Shown piece by piece: positions 49,718-60,117 of a stretch of DNA of 64,000 nt; position 1 is the first letter of the stretch; the number at the start of each line of letters is the position of its first letter. The position numbers and the translations under genes were made by a program. Under the pieces are notes generated by a model. It was not told the origin of the DNA. It saw only the letters and a list, made by a program, of their open reading frames with translations, and searched no databases. This stretch comes from a virus (taxonomy: Duplodnaviria > Caudoviricetes), in the IMG/VR virus record IMGVR_UViG_3300014204_000172, positions 9,127-73,126 of that record; one strand, 5' to 3'.

Positions 49718-50205
49718 TAGAAGCCTCCCTCTACGTGTACTGAAAGTGTAACAGCGGTTGCATCTCCGTCAAAAGCAATCGTAAACCCTGTTAAAGCTTT
49801 GGATGTTATATTTACATCGCCTAAAAATCCACCAGTAATGGTTGATACTTCCCACCAAATATGGTAGTTTAAATTACTTCTGGCTATATCTAATAAAACA
49901 TTAGCTGTTGAGTCGTTAAATGGATATTCCTTCGTATTAGTTAAACTGACTGTAAATATTTCTTCTTGCGAATCTCTTTCCAATTTAGATAAAGCATCGC
50001 TTAATAATAATATCATTTCCTGAGCTTCAAAAACACCTGCTTCCAATAAATTGAAATGAGAGGCATCCATGGGAGTACCGGGAATAGTTATTGTTCCATA
50101 TTTCGGATTGACTTCGTACTCATCAATGCCAATCAAAAATATTTCATAATGTGTAGGATGATCTGAAACTTGGTCTAACCAATATGTTCTGGCATAAGGT
50201 ATCAT
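49717..50205 (-). CDS. Proximal tail fibre/baseplate-attachment protein
   Basis: YARTYWLD...GTPMDASHFNLLEAG...YPFNDS motifs, common at this position in Firmicutes-type myoviruses. Confidence 0.6.
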   Translation of the reverse strand: MIPYARTYWLDQVSDHPTHYEIFLIGIDEYEVNPKYGTITIPGTPMDASHFNLLEAGVFEAQEMILLLSDALSKLERDSQEEIFTVSLTNTKEYPFNDSTANVLLDIARSNLNYHIWWEVSTITGGFLGDVNITSKALTGFTIAFDGDATAVTLSVHVEGGF

Positions 50206-50226
50206 TTTTTAATCCTCCTACTCCTA

Positions 50227-50520
50227 TTAACTAACCGTAACCGCAGCAGTAATAACAACTGAAACATCCACCAAAGAGGTGATTGCAACAATAGTAGTAT
50301 ACCACAATTCACTATGGCTATTATAAACATTTATTTCAGTAACAGTCATAGATCCACCAGTATTTGGCAATGTCAAATATATCTGAATATTAGCTGCATT
50401 TTCAAATATGGAATTGATATATGCATTGTAATAAGTGCCGGATACCAAATAAGTAACAAAGCTAACAGTTTCATATAAATGTTCTACCATTCCTTTGATT
50501 GCATCGCTAGTAAGTGCCAT
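50227..50520 (-). CDS. Small baseplate-associated protein
   Basis: Position between the YmfQ/XkdU-like gene and the fibre genes. Confidence 0.5.
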   Translation of the reverse strand: MALTSDAIKGMVEHLYETVSFVTYLVSGTYYNAYINSIFENAANIQIYLTLPNTGGSMTVTEINVYNSHSELWYTTIVAITSLVDVSVVITAAVTVS

Positions 50521-50536
50521 TTATTTTATTACTCCT

Positions 50537-51136
50537 TTAGTTATTTCTTATCTGTGCTACCGCAGGTAATGTGCCACAAACAACTTCACCACACCTATTT
50601 AATCGTTGGCTACTGGATGTATAACTCATCGCTACGTTAAATCCGATAGTAATCATCGGCGTATAAATAATAGTATAGCTCATGTGAGCAGGTTTAAATC
50701 GTTCAATTAAATCTATTACGTTTTTGGTTAGTATGGGTGCAGATAAATCAAGCAATATTTCTACTCCAAATGTATAAGCTCCAATATAATCATGGACTAC
50801 AGCATTAGAAACTCCCTGTATCATTTCTAGATATGTTTCCATTCTTGATCGATTGATTGAATATCTTTTTAGAATCTCAGCTAAAACAATAGATCGTCTC
50901 TGCGCGTATGTAAGTTCTATAGCTCTTCTAACGTGTACATAATCTTCCCACCAGATTAATCCCCATGTAGCAGTACTTAAATGCAATTGACTTTGAGTAT
51001 CTAAAATCATTGCTTCCGATAATCCCCATTCCGTGCCTAATGCTTGAATCAATACATTCATCTGGAAGCATTCGGAATAAATGGGTGCTATCCAATTCAT
51101 CATTATTATTCCGGTAGGGCTAGTTAATATATTCAT
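50537..51136 (-). CDS. Baseplate wedge protein, YmfQ/XkdU (DUF2313)-like
   Basis: TATWGLIWWE...RRSIV...IERFKPAHM. Confidence 0.82.
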   Translation of the reverse strand: MNILTSPTGIIMMNWIAPIYSECFQMNVLIQALGTEWGLSEAMILDTQSQLHLSTATWGLIWWEDYVHVRRAIELTYAQRRSIVLAEILKRYSINRSRMETYLEMIQGVSNAVVHDYIGAYTFGVEILLDLSAPILTKNVIDLIERFKPAHMSYTIIYTPMITIGFNVAMSYTSSSQRLNRCGEVVCGTLPAVAQIRNN

Positions 51137-52507
51137 TTAAGGTGTTTCTGCTCCTGTTATATTTCCAATTACCGGATACTGGTCTTTATCAATCGTAAAG
51201 TCATTCATGGCTGTATCGATAGTAATTATAACTGCTGTTGAGGTAATGGATCCCGGACCGGATAAAATCTCCGCTGTTTTGGTAGCTGTTACATAGTCAT
51301 GGATAGTGTAATCAGATCCATCGATAGTAATTACATCATTTAAAGCTATGTCTAAACATCCGCTAACCAATTTAACAAAAGCGTTTCCGCCTCCGGGGGG
51401 GGTATAGGTATCTATGGTATCTGAAATCGAAACTGTCAGTATCGTATGGTTTAAAACTCCTTGAATCAATAATAATGTCTTTGAGATTTCTTTGTAATAA
51501 ACCAATCCAATATCTTTTGACTCATAAAAATAATCCTGAACGTCAACAGCAAATGCAGTTAATACATCCGCTAATTTAGCAGTTTTAGGATCTAGCCAAA
51601 CTGTAAAATCTATATTGATTATGATTGGCGTAGGAGCAACCACCGTAACAATAGCACCCACAGGAGCTTTGCCAGTTCCAGTCGTAGGATATATATATGC
51701 TTGTACAGCAGCAACTAAAGCTGCTATAGCCGGTAAATAATTGGTATCTAGAACCAATATTTTTACAGTACCAGTAGAAACTCCTAGCCATTCAGGAATA
51801 CAATAAGCTCTGCCAACTCCATCCACTTCTTCCGCCCAGTTTTCGTAATCATCTTTAGAACCACCTCCGGGTGTAGAAGCAGCTTTTTCTAGGATTCTTA
51901 TTTGTAATGCTTCATCAGTTTCAATATCAGCACCGCCAGCAGCCGGCAATGGATTGTTAATTGAAGTTATTCCAGCTAAAGGCACACTCATTAGCGATAT
52001 TCCATTGGCTGGGATATTGGTTAATTCGCCAGTTAATACCGATTTTACTTGTATACTGGCTAGTGTTCCGCCAATAGGAATTGTATAACTAGCTAAAGTT
52101 TCATATTCAACCGCAACTTGGGTAAAGGAAGCGACGGAAGAAAATCGAAAAGCTAAAGGGATTATTACTCCGGGAGTTCCAATTACCGTCAATATGGCAT
52201 AACTAGGTAAAGCAGGTAGTCTTACCAATCCATTTAATGTTGCGTGCAAATCTAAGAAAGCTTCTTCGGCATATTGAGCGAATCCATTTTTTACTATCTG
52301 ATTTAATATTTGTTGTACTAATTGTGCTTTTTCGACTGCTGTTGGATAAGCTGAATCATAAAAGAAGGAAGCTTCCGAGGTATCAATGCAATCTTTGATC
52401 TTTTTCCCATTACTAAGTGTAATATCAATCATTCTTGCATATATAGTATCAACGTCCTCTGTGTTAAAAATGCTAGGCTGTATATATGGAACTATTTCAA
52501 TAGTCAT
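51137..52507 (-). CDS. Baseplate J/XkdT-like wedge protein
   Basis: AEEAFLDLHA, GGADIETDEAL, GGSKDDYENWAEEVDGVGRA and GTVKI motifs; extra beta segment near the C-terminus. Confidence 0.9.
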   Translation of the reverse strand: MTIEIVPYIQPSIFNTEDVDTIYARMIDITLSNGKKIKDCIDTSEASFFYDSAYPTAVEKAQLVQQILNQIVKNGFAQYAEEAFLDLHATLNGLVRLPALPSYAILTVIGTPGVIIPLAFRFSSVASFTQVAVEYETLASYTIPIGGTLASIQVKSVLTGELTNIPANGISLMSVPLAGITSINNPLPAAGGADIETDEALQIRILEKAASTPGGGSKDDYENWAEEVDGVGRAYCIPEWLGVSTGTVKILVLDTNYLPAIAALVAAVQAYIYPTTGTGKAPVGAIVTVVAPTPIIINIDFTVWLDPKTAKLADVLTAFAVDVQDYFYESKDIGLVYYKEISKTLLLIQGVLNHTILTVSISDTIDTYTPPGGGNAFVKLVSGCLDIALNDVITIDGSDYTIHDYVTATKTAEILSGPGSITSTAVIITIDTAMNDFTIDKDQYPVIGNITGAETP

Positions 52508-52509
52508 TT

Positions 52510-52977
52510 CTAATTTACACCTCCTATCATATTTAACGCTAAATTGTAGTTAAAAGTCAATCCTTCAATCGGTGTAACCGTAAAATCAACTAAACATTCA
52601 TCTCCCTGGCTAGTAAAATTGAATGAAGAAACCATCTTAGTTTTAGGATTAACCATCAATGCATCTGTAATAGTTCGTATCAATGCTAATTTCTGTTCTT
52701 CGTGACTTCCAGTTTTGTATAATTCTTCAATACCAATTAACGAGTCGTAAGCTAACTTGGAGTATCTAATAATATATAATTGTTTAATACACCAATTACG
52801 CCAACCGAACCATCCATCTGATAATTCAACTCCTCGTTTGGTATTACTAACAAATTCCATTTTGGAATAATCAAATAGCCAGTCAGGCTTAAAATCTGTT
52901 GAATATGATTCATCAGTAATAGGTAAAATTACTGATGAATCAATAGGCGTATAAAGTTTTCTTCTGTAAGTACTCAT
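52510..52977 (-). CDS. XkdS/gp25-like (DUF2634) baseplate protein
   Basis: W..KQL...RY...AY...GIE...ITDALMVNP; likely start is the ATG at 52977. Confidence 0.75.
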   Translation of the reverse strand: MSTYRRKLYTPIDSSVILPITDESYSTDFKPDWLFDYSKMEFVSNTKRGVELSDGWFGWRNWCIKQLYIIRYSKLAYDSLIGIEELYKTGSHEEQKLALIRTITDALMVNPKTKMVSSFNFTSQGDECLVDFTVTPIEGLTFNYNLALNMIGGVN

Positions 52978-53426
52978 TATATTTTTTTCACCACACATAA
53001 AATTATGGGAACTGATAAAGTCCAAATTACCAATACTCTATCATTAACTTTCAAAGGTAAAAAAGCAATTGGTAAATGTACTGAATGCTGGTGTTTTCCT
53101 TGGTTAGCTAACGAAAACGTATGAGTATGTCCGGGAGATCCGCCAACATCCGTTGTACCTGTATGATCATGTAACCCTTCAAAAGTAGAACCTTCCTCTA
53201 AATCTTTTAGAGTTATAGTCATAGGTTCTAAATCATCGAAACAAAAAATACGATTAACTAGATATAAGGTTTTGGGAATTTTATATTCAGGCAAGGAATC
53301 AACAATCAAATTTAATTCAGCATCCATTTTACCTAACTCAATAGGTAATTGCTGGCTTCTATCATTAATTAGTTTTGTTCTCTTTTCTAGAACTAATGCT
53401 AATTTATTAATCCCTTCATTTTTCAT
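52977..53426 (-). CDS. XkdR-like (DUF2577) baseplate spike protein
   Basis: ELG, LKVNDRVLV and His-rich HDHTG...HTHT...HQH tip motif. Confidence 0.7.
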   Translation of the reverse strand: MKNEGINKLALVLEKRTKLINDRSQQLPIELGKMDAELNLIVDSLPEYKIPKTLYLVNRIFCFDDLEPMTITLKDLEEGSTFEGLHDHTGTTDVGGSPGHTHTFSLANQGKHQHSVHLPIAFLPLKVNDRVLVIWTLSVPIILCVVKKI

Positions 53427-53432
53427 TACTAA

Positions 53433-54725
53433 TTACTTCTCCACTTCAACTGTCATTTTCTTTTCCATTAAGTTTTGGGTCACCGTTTTGATATAAAATG
53501 TACCAATCTGGTTTCCAGCATGCAATATAATTTTATCACCTTTTCTTAATGTAGGAATAACTAATCCATCAAATTTGGTAACTTCCACAGGTTCAGAATA
53601 TTCAGCCAATATATCGTTAGCTTCTAACATGGCATCGGATATGTCGTCATCTTTGGTTCGATAGACTATACGTTGGAATCTTCCGTACTTAATATTTCTA
53701 TTTAATGTTGCTTCTAATTTTGCTAATTCAATCCCTTCATCCTTAGCACCTAAAGGTGGTTGATAATAGTCCGGTTCCAATATTCCATATTTATCTTGTA
53801 TAGGTGTCGTTCCAGTAGTGGTTATGGTTCCATCGCCTAAACCCATGGGAGCTACAAAAGATCCTGATTCGTCATAATTATCAGGGTCCGTTAAATCTAA
53901 ATCAGGATCTTCAACTGTACCATTATCTGTACTCGTCACATCGTCTTTGCTTAATACCCCATATTTATCTGTTTCTCCTCCGCCTTTATAACCTGAACCT
54001 GAACCGGGTTCACCATCTAAGGAATTATAAGTAGTCATAACTTTGACAACAGTAACAATGTCTTCAATAGAACCCTCATAACTAATATCAACCAATTCAT
54101 TGGTATATAAAGTTGCAATATTGGTATTGTTACCTCTGGGAACTACTTCGATAATTCCATTATTAATTCTTAATACATATTTGCCTTTCCCGCGTAACTG
54201 GGCTAGTTTCAAAATGCTTAATATGATTTCTGATACTGGATCATTCGTAAATTTTACAATTGCCGGGAAAGCAAAATCAGGTCCTTGATAGTTGTAAGTA
54301 ATTCCAGTATCAGTCAATACTTGTTTGAGAAATTTGGCTGACGAACTACCTTTCAAAGCTAAGTATCTTTCTTCTGATCTTTGAAAGTTCCATAATTCAT
54401 CTAAACATCCCAGTTGAATGATTTTCGATAATGCTGAACTATAATTTTTCTTTACTACTTCACATCTCATTAACTCATTGAAACTTTTACCGTTATTCAA
54501 TGAATAATAAACAATGACTTTGTTCTTGAATTTAAGCATATCAACCAGCCATTGACCATTAAAAAAGATATTTGGCATTTCTAAACTCAAGGCAACCGCT
54601 AGCTGTGTAGTGGTATCTGTCGATTCAGCATTGGTAATAATCCTGCTTAAATTGAAATTATTTCCATATTCGTCAATCAATATTATTTTATATTTGATGT
54701 TTTCAAATTGAATATTAGTAATCAT
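53433..54725 (-). CDS. XkdQ-like baseplate hub protein
   Basis: Position after the LysM gene; typical hub size, with an acidic low-complexity insertion. Confidence 0.72.
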   Translation of the reverse strand: MITNIQFENIKYKIILIDEYGNNFNLSRIITNAESTDTTTQLAVALSLEMPNIFFNGQWLVDMLKFKNKVIVYYSLNNGKSFNELMRCEVVKKNYSSALSKIIQLGCLDELWNFQRSEERYLALKGSSSAKFLKQVLTDTGITYNYQGPDFAFPAIVKFTNDPVSEIILSILKLAQLRGKGKYVLRINNGIIEVVPRGNNTNIATLYTNELVDISYEGSIEDIVTVVKVMTTYNSLDGEPGSGSGYKGGGETDKYGVLSKDDVTSTDNGTVEDPDLDLTDPDNYDESGSFVAPMGLGDGTITTTGTTPIQDKYGILEPDYYQPPLGAKDEGIELAKLEATLNRNIKYGRFQRIVYRTKDDDISDAMLEANDILAEYSEPVEVTKFDGLVIPTLRKGDKIILHAGNQIGTFYIKTVTQNLMEKKMTVEVEK

Positions 54726-55376
54726 TTACTTAGGCATCTTCAATATAGTGCCGCTAGTTAAGGTATTCGGGCTAGTTAATTTACCTCCTGCGGAAATTTT
54801 ATTCAACTCGTAAATTTCAATATAACGTGATCCATCTCCTAATTTAGTTTTTGCTATTCCCCATAACGTATCACCCGGAACTGTCGTATAAAATCCGCTC
54901 TGTTTATTTTCTACTCTAGGTTTTAATCCATTATTTTTTGTTTCGTTGGTTGTTGTAGTTAATATTAAATCTTTGGCTTGTATAAATGAAATGGAATATC
55001 CAATATCACCCACGTTTTCAAAAGTTTTATCATATATCTCAATCCACATATCCAAATTTAATTCAGTTTCCGTTATCTGAAATCTTAATTTCTGTCCAGC
55101 TTCTTTCCAAGTTTTGAGCTGCTTGTCTAAAATCTTAGCTTCAATGTAATTGGTTACATATGCAGAGTTAATTCTACCCGGACCAGGAAAAAATGAATCA
55201 AAGCTTACTCTATCTAATTCGTCTCCGTAAGGAAAACTTATTTTTCCAATTTCCATGATATTGTATTCCTGAAACTGTTTGCCAGTTTTGACAGCCACTT
55301 TTTCGGGATTAACTGGAATGACTAATTCTTCCTGTTTTACATTGCCTAACAATGACTGAATGATTATTGTATTCAC
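54726..55376 (-). CDS. XkdP-like LysM tail tube initiator
   Basis: PVNPE; YTTVPGDTLWGIAK...G..YIEIYELN...G..LKMP (LysM). Confidence 0.88.
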   Translation of the reverse strand: MNTIIIQSLLGNVKQEELVIPVNPEKVAVKTGKQFQEYNIMEIGKISFPYGDELDRVSFDSFFPGPGRINSAYVTNYIEAKILDKQLKTWKEAGQKLRFQITETELNLDMWIEIYDKTFENVGDIGYSISFIQAKDLILTTTTNETKNNGLKPRVENKQSGFYTTVPGDTLWGIAKTKLGDGSRYIEIYELNKISAGGKLTSPNTLTSGTILKMPK

Positions 55377-57529
55377 TAAATTGCCACCGGCATATTAGAA
55401 TAAATCTCACTTAATTTGTTGGCTATATGATTAGCAGCATCGTCAAATATTTTTCCTTTTGCTTCTTCGATTACACGTAATACATCATCGGCTTTAGCAC
55501 TAGATGTAATATTGATTACTGGATTCAAATTAACTGAAATATTGCCAAAACTACCAGTCTTTTTTCCTAAAGGTATGATAGCTTCGGGACCAGATTCACC
55601 AATTAGACTTATGGTAGGTTTTTTAACTATACCACCACTAGCCATAGCCGGTATGTTATTTGTAGGCATTAACGGATTTGTAGGTAATCCAAAAATCTGC
55701 TCGCCTTTAGTAGAATAACTGCTACCTAATAAAGCATTTCTAGTTCCTTGTTTTAATTTGTCAAAGAATGAATTCATATCAACTATAGATGGATCTAAAC
55801 CTTTTTCTAATCCTTCTTTAATTGAACGCTTTGTTTTGTCTTCTAAATCTTTAGCTAATTTATCCATACTAATTACTGTTCCAGATTCAATATAGTTACC
55901 ACCACTCAAATTAGCCATTCTCTTATTAATTTCTGTATTAGACTTTGCAATCTCATTGTTAATATCTTCTAATTTACCTTTTTGGGTTATATATCCCTGC
56001 TTGTTTGGTAAACTTTCTAACTGTCTTTGAATAACACTTTTATTGTTAGGTTTAGCTAATGGATTGTTAACATCTCCCAGTTTTGTTGCAGGATCTTTTC
56101 TAGGGTCGCTAGGTAATAAAGGTAATCCTTTCTCCATTCTTCTTTTATTTTCATTAGCTCTACCATACAAATCATTCATATGTGCCAAATTTTCTGCCAT
56201 GGTTGGAATTAAATTACTCCAAAAAGTATTCCATCCAGTTTTGATTACTGAACCAGCAGTGTCCATAAAAACTTTCCCTAATTTAGAACCAAATGCAGTG
56301 ATTTTTGTTTCTCCGCCAGAACTCCACCAATTTGCTAGCGGTTTAGCAACAATATCTTCCCACAAAATTTTAAATTTACCTGATAAATCAGCAGTTTTAA
56401 ATTCTTTGGTATCTGTAATCTTGTTAAATTTTGTAATCAATCCTTTTAAATTATCTCCTAGAGCTTTTACAGCTCCATGTGATATTTTTTGTAATTTTTC
56501 TCCCCATGAAGTAATTCTGCTTTCATTGCCAAACATAGCTTTATTTAAATCTTTTAATACATCAATTAATCCAACTCTAATACCCTCTCCCCAGGGTGAT
56601 ATGACTTTTTCATTGATAAAGTTTTTTGTTTTAGTAACCATTCCCGAATACGTACCCTCAGCTTCCTTTTCCATCTGTCCTTTGTTTTTCTTTTCTGAGG
56701 TTCCTAACATAGCATTAATACCTTGAGCCATTGATATTTTATTATTTTTTAATGCCTTTTTGAATTCATCTTTACTCATACCTAAGCCTTCTCTCATATA
56801 CTCAGCCATAGGTATACCGTATCTAATAGACATTTGTTCGACATTCTTAAAACTACCCATACGCTTAGCATTATTCAAATATTTGATAATGTTTGATGTA
56901 CCTTGCGTGCCTTTTCGAGAAGCAGCCGACATATCCCCCAATATCTGCATTGTATTTGCTAATTTGTTTTCATCCCATTTATTTTGTAAAGGTTGAATAG
57001 CTAATTGTGCCCACTCGTCAGTAGTCGTTGTACCTTTAAAAGACATTTGATTAAATGCTTCCATCATTTTTTTGGCTTTGGCTGTAGAAGTAGTCCAAGC
57101 TTCAAGACCCATTCTCGCCTTAGCTGTATTATCAGCCATTTTTAATGGACTCATAATGAAAGCCCACCAAGAAGTTCCAATTCCGATTAATCCGCCTAAC
57201 GAAAAGATTGATTTTTTTAGAAAATTTAAAGGTGAAACAAGAAGATTTAAACCTTTTAAAAATCCATTTTTGATTGAGTTACCTAAATTAGTAAATACTT
57301 CATGCCCTTTTGTGCCTAAACTAACTGCTCCTGCTTTTAATTTATCGGTGCTACTTTTAACCTTTTCTACCTGTTTGACTGAATCGTTTAATCCTTTTAC
57401 TCCGTTTTTTAATCCGTCAATACTAGCTTGTAAGGAATCAATTGTTTCCTCGGCATTAGCAGCTCCCGGATTCGTTTGGTCTTTAACTGTTACCGGGATA
57501 TCTATTACGAACTCTTGGCTATCGGGCAT
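55376..57529 (-). CDS. Tape measure protein
   Basis: Helical, with MASGGIVKKPTISLIGESGPEAIIPL near the C-terminus; position after the chaperone. Confidence 0.88.
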   Translation of the reverse strand: MPDSQEFVIDIPVTVKDQTNPGAANAEETIDSLQASIDGLKNGVKGLNDSVKQVEKVKSSTDKLKAGAVSLGTKGHEVFTNLGNSIKNGFLKGLNLLVSPLNFLKKSIFSLGGLIGIGTSWWAFIMSPLKMADNTAKARMGLEAWTTSTAKAKKMMEAFNQMSFKGTTTTDEWAQLAIQPLQNKWDENKLANTMQILGDMSAASRKGTQGTSNIIKYLNNAKRMGSFKNVEQMSIRYGIPMAEYMREGLGMSKDEFKKALKNNKISMAQGINAMLGTSEKKNKGQMEKEAEGTYSGMVTKTKNFINEKVISPWGEGIRVGLIDVLKDLNKAMFGNESRITSWGEKLQKISHGAVKALGDNLKGLITKFNKITDTKEFKTADLSGKFKILWEDIVAKPLANWWSSGGETKITAFGSKLGKVFMDTAGSVIKTGWNTFWSNLIPTMAENLAHMNDLYGRANENKRRMEKGLPLLPSDPRKDPATKLGDVNNPLAKPNNKSVIQRQLESLPNKQGYITQKGKLEDINNEIAKSNTEINKRMANLSGGNYIESGTVISMDKLAKDLEDKTKRSIKEGLEKGLDPSIVDMNSFFDKLKQGTRNALLGSSYSTKGEQIFGLPTNPLMPTNNIPAMASGGIVKKPTISLIGESGPEAIIPLGKKTGSFGNISVNLNPVINITSSAKADDVLRVIEEAKGKIFDDAANHIANKLSEIYSNMPVAI

Positions 57530-57708
57530 CTATAGTTTCCTTCTCTTTTTTCTTTATTTAATTTGTACATAATAGAGGCTAACATAAAACACTTAATGGG
57601 GTATGGTTTACTCTCTATTTCATGTGGTAGTAATCCGTTATTAATAAATAATTCTGCATATAACTGTAATAGTGTGTAGGTTTTACTGTCAGCCTCTATT
57701 CGTTTTTT
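57505..57708 (-). CDS. -1 frameshift extension of the tail assembly chaperone (gpGT-like)
   Basis: Slippery A AAA AAC at 57708-57702. The -1 frame reads RIEADSKTYTLLQLYAELFINNGLLPHEIESKPYPIKCFMLASIMYKL... to TAA at 57507-57505. Confidence 0.82.
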   Translation of the reverse strand, partial: KKRIEADSKTYTLLQLYAELFINNGLLPHEIESKPYPIKCFMLASIMYKLNKEKREGNYRCPIAKSS

Positions 57709-58223
57709 AAGTTTTCAACTAAATCAGGTTTCTTTTTTGACTCTTCATTGGAACTGATATAACCATTAAACTCATTAATTTTTCCGTAAACTGCTGATTT
57801 TTCACCCATACGCAAAGCTAAATCAATAACTTCATAAGGAATCATTAATCTTTTTTCTTTTTTGTATTTATTCCATAGAGGTTTCCAAAGCTTTTCTTGG
57901 TCATCAGTAGTGGTTGATTCATAGATTACACATGATTGAAATCCGACATTATCAAATTTAGTGTCGTCTTCCCGATTCATGCGTAAATCTTTATCCCAGC
58001 TATATCCTCTAAATTTTGATCTGATTTTTTCCATTTCAATATCGGATAAAACCTTAATATGAAAAGCAAATAGGAATTTTCCATTACGCTTAACTTCAAT
58101 TAATCCAGTATCAACAAAGTTGGATTCAACCGATGCAATTAAAGCATCCAGCATTTCCTGATCGGTTAATTCTCTTTTTTCACTTTCTTCTGAACCAAAA
58201 GCATTCTTCAATTCTTCGTTCAT
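57696..58223 (-). CDS. Tail assembly chaperone (XkdN-like, gpG)
   Basis: Between tube and tape measure; ends ENLKNE at the slippery site. Confidence 0.85.
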   Translation of the reverse strand: MNEELKNAFGSEESEKRELTDQEMLDALIASVESNFVDTGLIEVKRNGKFLFAFHIKVLSDIEMEKIRSKFRGYSWDKDLRMNREDDTKFDNVGFQSCVIYESTTTDDQEKLWKPLWNKYKKEKRLMIPYEVIDLALRMGEKSAVYGKINEFNGYISSNEESKKKPDLVENLKNE

Positions 58224-58243
58224 TTATAAATCTCCTTCACTAT

Positions 58244-58675
58244 TTAAACTAAAGCACTTAAATCTGGCGGATCGTTAACAATTCCTCCCCATGCTCTTTT
58301 TACTAATTCGCCGGGTCTGCATCCTAATAAAGCAATTGAACCGTCAGGAATCCAGTTGCGGAAATCATAATTTTTTCCTTCCAGTTCACCTCTGAAATGA
58401 GTAATGTATTCTATTCCTTGCTTCAATGATGCAATAATTAAGCCAACTCTTGTTTCGTCTTTAATAACAAATTCTTCCCAGTTTAATCGACATCCCCAGG
58501 ACATGAATTTTCCTCGTTCATAGCAGGTTCCCATGGTTTGGAGCATTGCATTGTTAACATTGATTAATGCTTCAAAGTTGTCTACTTCGAGTAATAAAAT
58601 TCCCGAATCATTATAAAGTTTACCTTTATAACCGGGAATCATCTCAGCAGTTGATATATATCTTTCATTAGCCAT
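58244..58675 (-). CDS. Tail tube protein (XkdM-like)
   Basis: GYKGKLY...FEA...; downstream of the sheath. Confidence 0.82.
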   Translation of the reverse strand: MANERYISTAEMIPGYKGKLYNDSGILLLEVDNFEALINVNNAMLQTMGTCYERGKFMSWGCRLNWEEFVIKDETRVGLIIASLKQGIEYITHFRGELEGKNYDFRNWIPDGSIALLGCRPGELVKRAWGGIVNDPPDLSALV

Positions 58676-58698
58676 TTATATTTCTCCTTTCTTACTAT

Positions 58699-60105
58699 TT
58701 ATGAAGCTGGTGCATATCTGAATTGAAATGTCATATATGCTTTCTTAATCGAATCGTTATCGTCCACAGTTAAAAGGAAATATGAATAATCACCGGCTGA
58801 ATCATATAACGGATCAACTGTAACTGTGCCTGATGTTAATTTTCCTTCATCCTTCATCTTTTTGACTTCACCATTGCAAAGCATAATTAATGAAGCTCGA
58901 CCTGATGAATCATTATTGACTACTCCTAGTAATGGGTCGGTAACTGATTTGCACCGCTTAATTAATTCAAATCTTTCTCGAACTCTTCTAATCGATTTCC
59001 AGCCATCGTCTTCATCCGTACCAGGCGAAACTAATGTGGTAATATCATATTCAATCTGAACAGCTCCGGTGGATGATTGACTGAATACAACCATACCATT
59101 ATCAATCGCTTGGTTAATATAGCTATTTGACAATGAACCTTTGATCGTTGAGTAATTAGTCATTATGTAATGAGTAGCTGATATTTTTGGATCCATAGCA
59201 GCAATTACACCGGCTAGAATGGCAGCAGCTTTGTATCCCTCATACTCAATTAAAGCAGAATCGATAACCCCATTTCCGATATATACAACCTGTTTATTGT
59301 TAAATGCTGCGGAATCAGCTAAACGCGTAGCAATGGCAACTGTAGTTGGTTCACCTACGACAGCTATACAAGGTATACCTGCTGCGTACTGTGATTCTAC
59401 GAATGCTTCCAAAAGAGCATGTACGGTTGTTGTATCTGTATCGACACAAACTAAATCCATCTGCATTGAGTCCATAGCAGTAAAGCCCGCTGTGTATTCT
59501 GTATTGGTTACTGCCGGATTAGCACCTGAAACAAAAGGTGAGCCAGTAATAATAGCCATTAATTTATTTCCATCCGCTAATTTGGTGGCAGTAATCCATT
59601 CAGAAGTAGCATTTACGGCAGCAACTAAAGCAGCCGGTTCTCCTACACCACCGGTTCCTTTTGTAAATGTAATCACTTCTTTAAGAGTTGTTATATCATA
59701 AATCAATAATTCTCGTTTAGTTGTATCAGTCAACGAATCTTGGATAGATACTCTAATGTCTCTAGTTCCTACATATTTAGCGAGTAGAGTTACAACATCT
59801 ATAGGGCTTCCAGTAGTATCATGCAATCCAACTAATGTACCTTTGACCCCGGCTGCATCTCCTATTCTAGTAGCTAAAACAATAGCGCCCTCTCTTAAAG
59901 CTAATTTGATTTGTTGAGTAGTTCCGGCTGATCCATAAACAATGTCAATTTCTGATTCATAATTAAATTCTGTAGGTGTATTTATTGGTCCCCAATCAGC
60001 CTGAACAGGCATAGCTACAATATTAGTGGATATAGCTCTTCCAATTAATGTTACGTTCTGTGTTCGGAAATATACTCCCGGTCTTTTTTCAAATCCCCAG
60101 CTCAT
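58699..60105 (-). CDS. Contractile tail sheath protein (XkdK-like)
   Basis: KRPGVYF, ADWGPIN and DITTL...WKSIRRVR motifs. Confidence 0.92.
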   Translation of the reverse strand: MSWGFEKRPGVYFRTQNVTLIGRAISTNIVAMPVQADWGPINTPTEFNYESEIDIVYGSAGTTQQIKLALREGAIVLATRIGDAAGVKGTLVGLHDTTGSPIDVVTLLAKYVGTRDIRVSIQDSLTDTTKRELLIYDITTLKEVITFTKGTGGVGEPAALVAAVNATSEWITATKLADGNKLMAIITGSPFVSGANPAVTNTEYTAGFTAMDSMQMDLVCVDTDTTTVHALLEAFVESQYAAGIPCIAVVGEPTTVAIATRLADSAAFNNKQVVYIGNGVIDSALIEYEGYKAAAILAGVIAAMDPKISATHYIMTNYSTIKGSLSNSYINQAIDNGMVVFSQSSTGAVQIEYDITTLVSPGTDEDDGWKSIRRVRERFELIKRCKSVTDPLLGVVNNDSSGRASLIMLCNGEVKKMKDEGKLTSGTVTVDPLYDSAGDYSYFLLTVDDNDSIKKAYMTFQFRYAPAS

Positions 60106-60117
60106 GATTATTCCTCC

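Noticed and set aside
56043-59701. Long plus-strand ORFs (56043..56726, 57072..57572, 59219..59701) and other plus-strand ORFs in the track
   Set aside because: All lie antisense to well-supported minus-strand genes, lack RBSs and recognisable motifs, and look like shadow ORFs.
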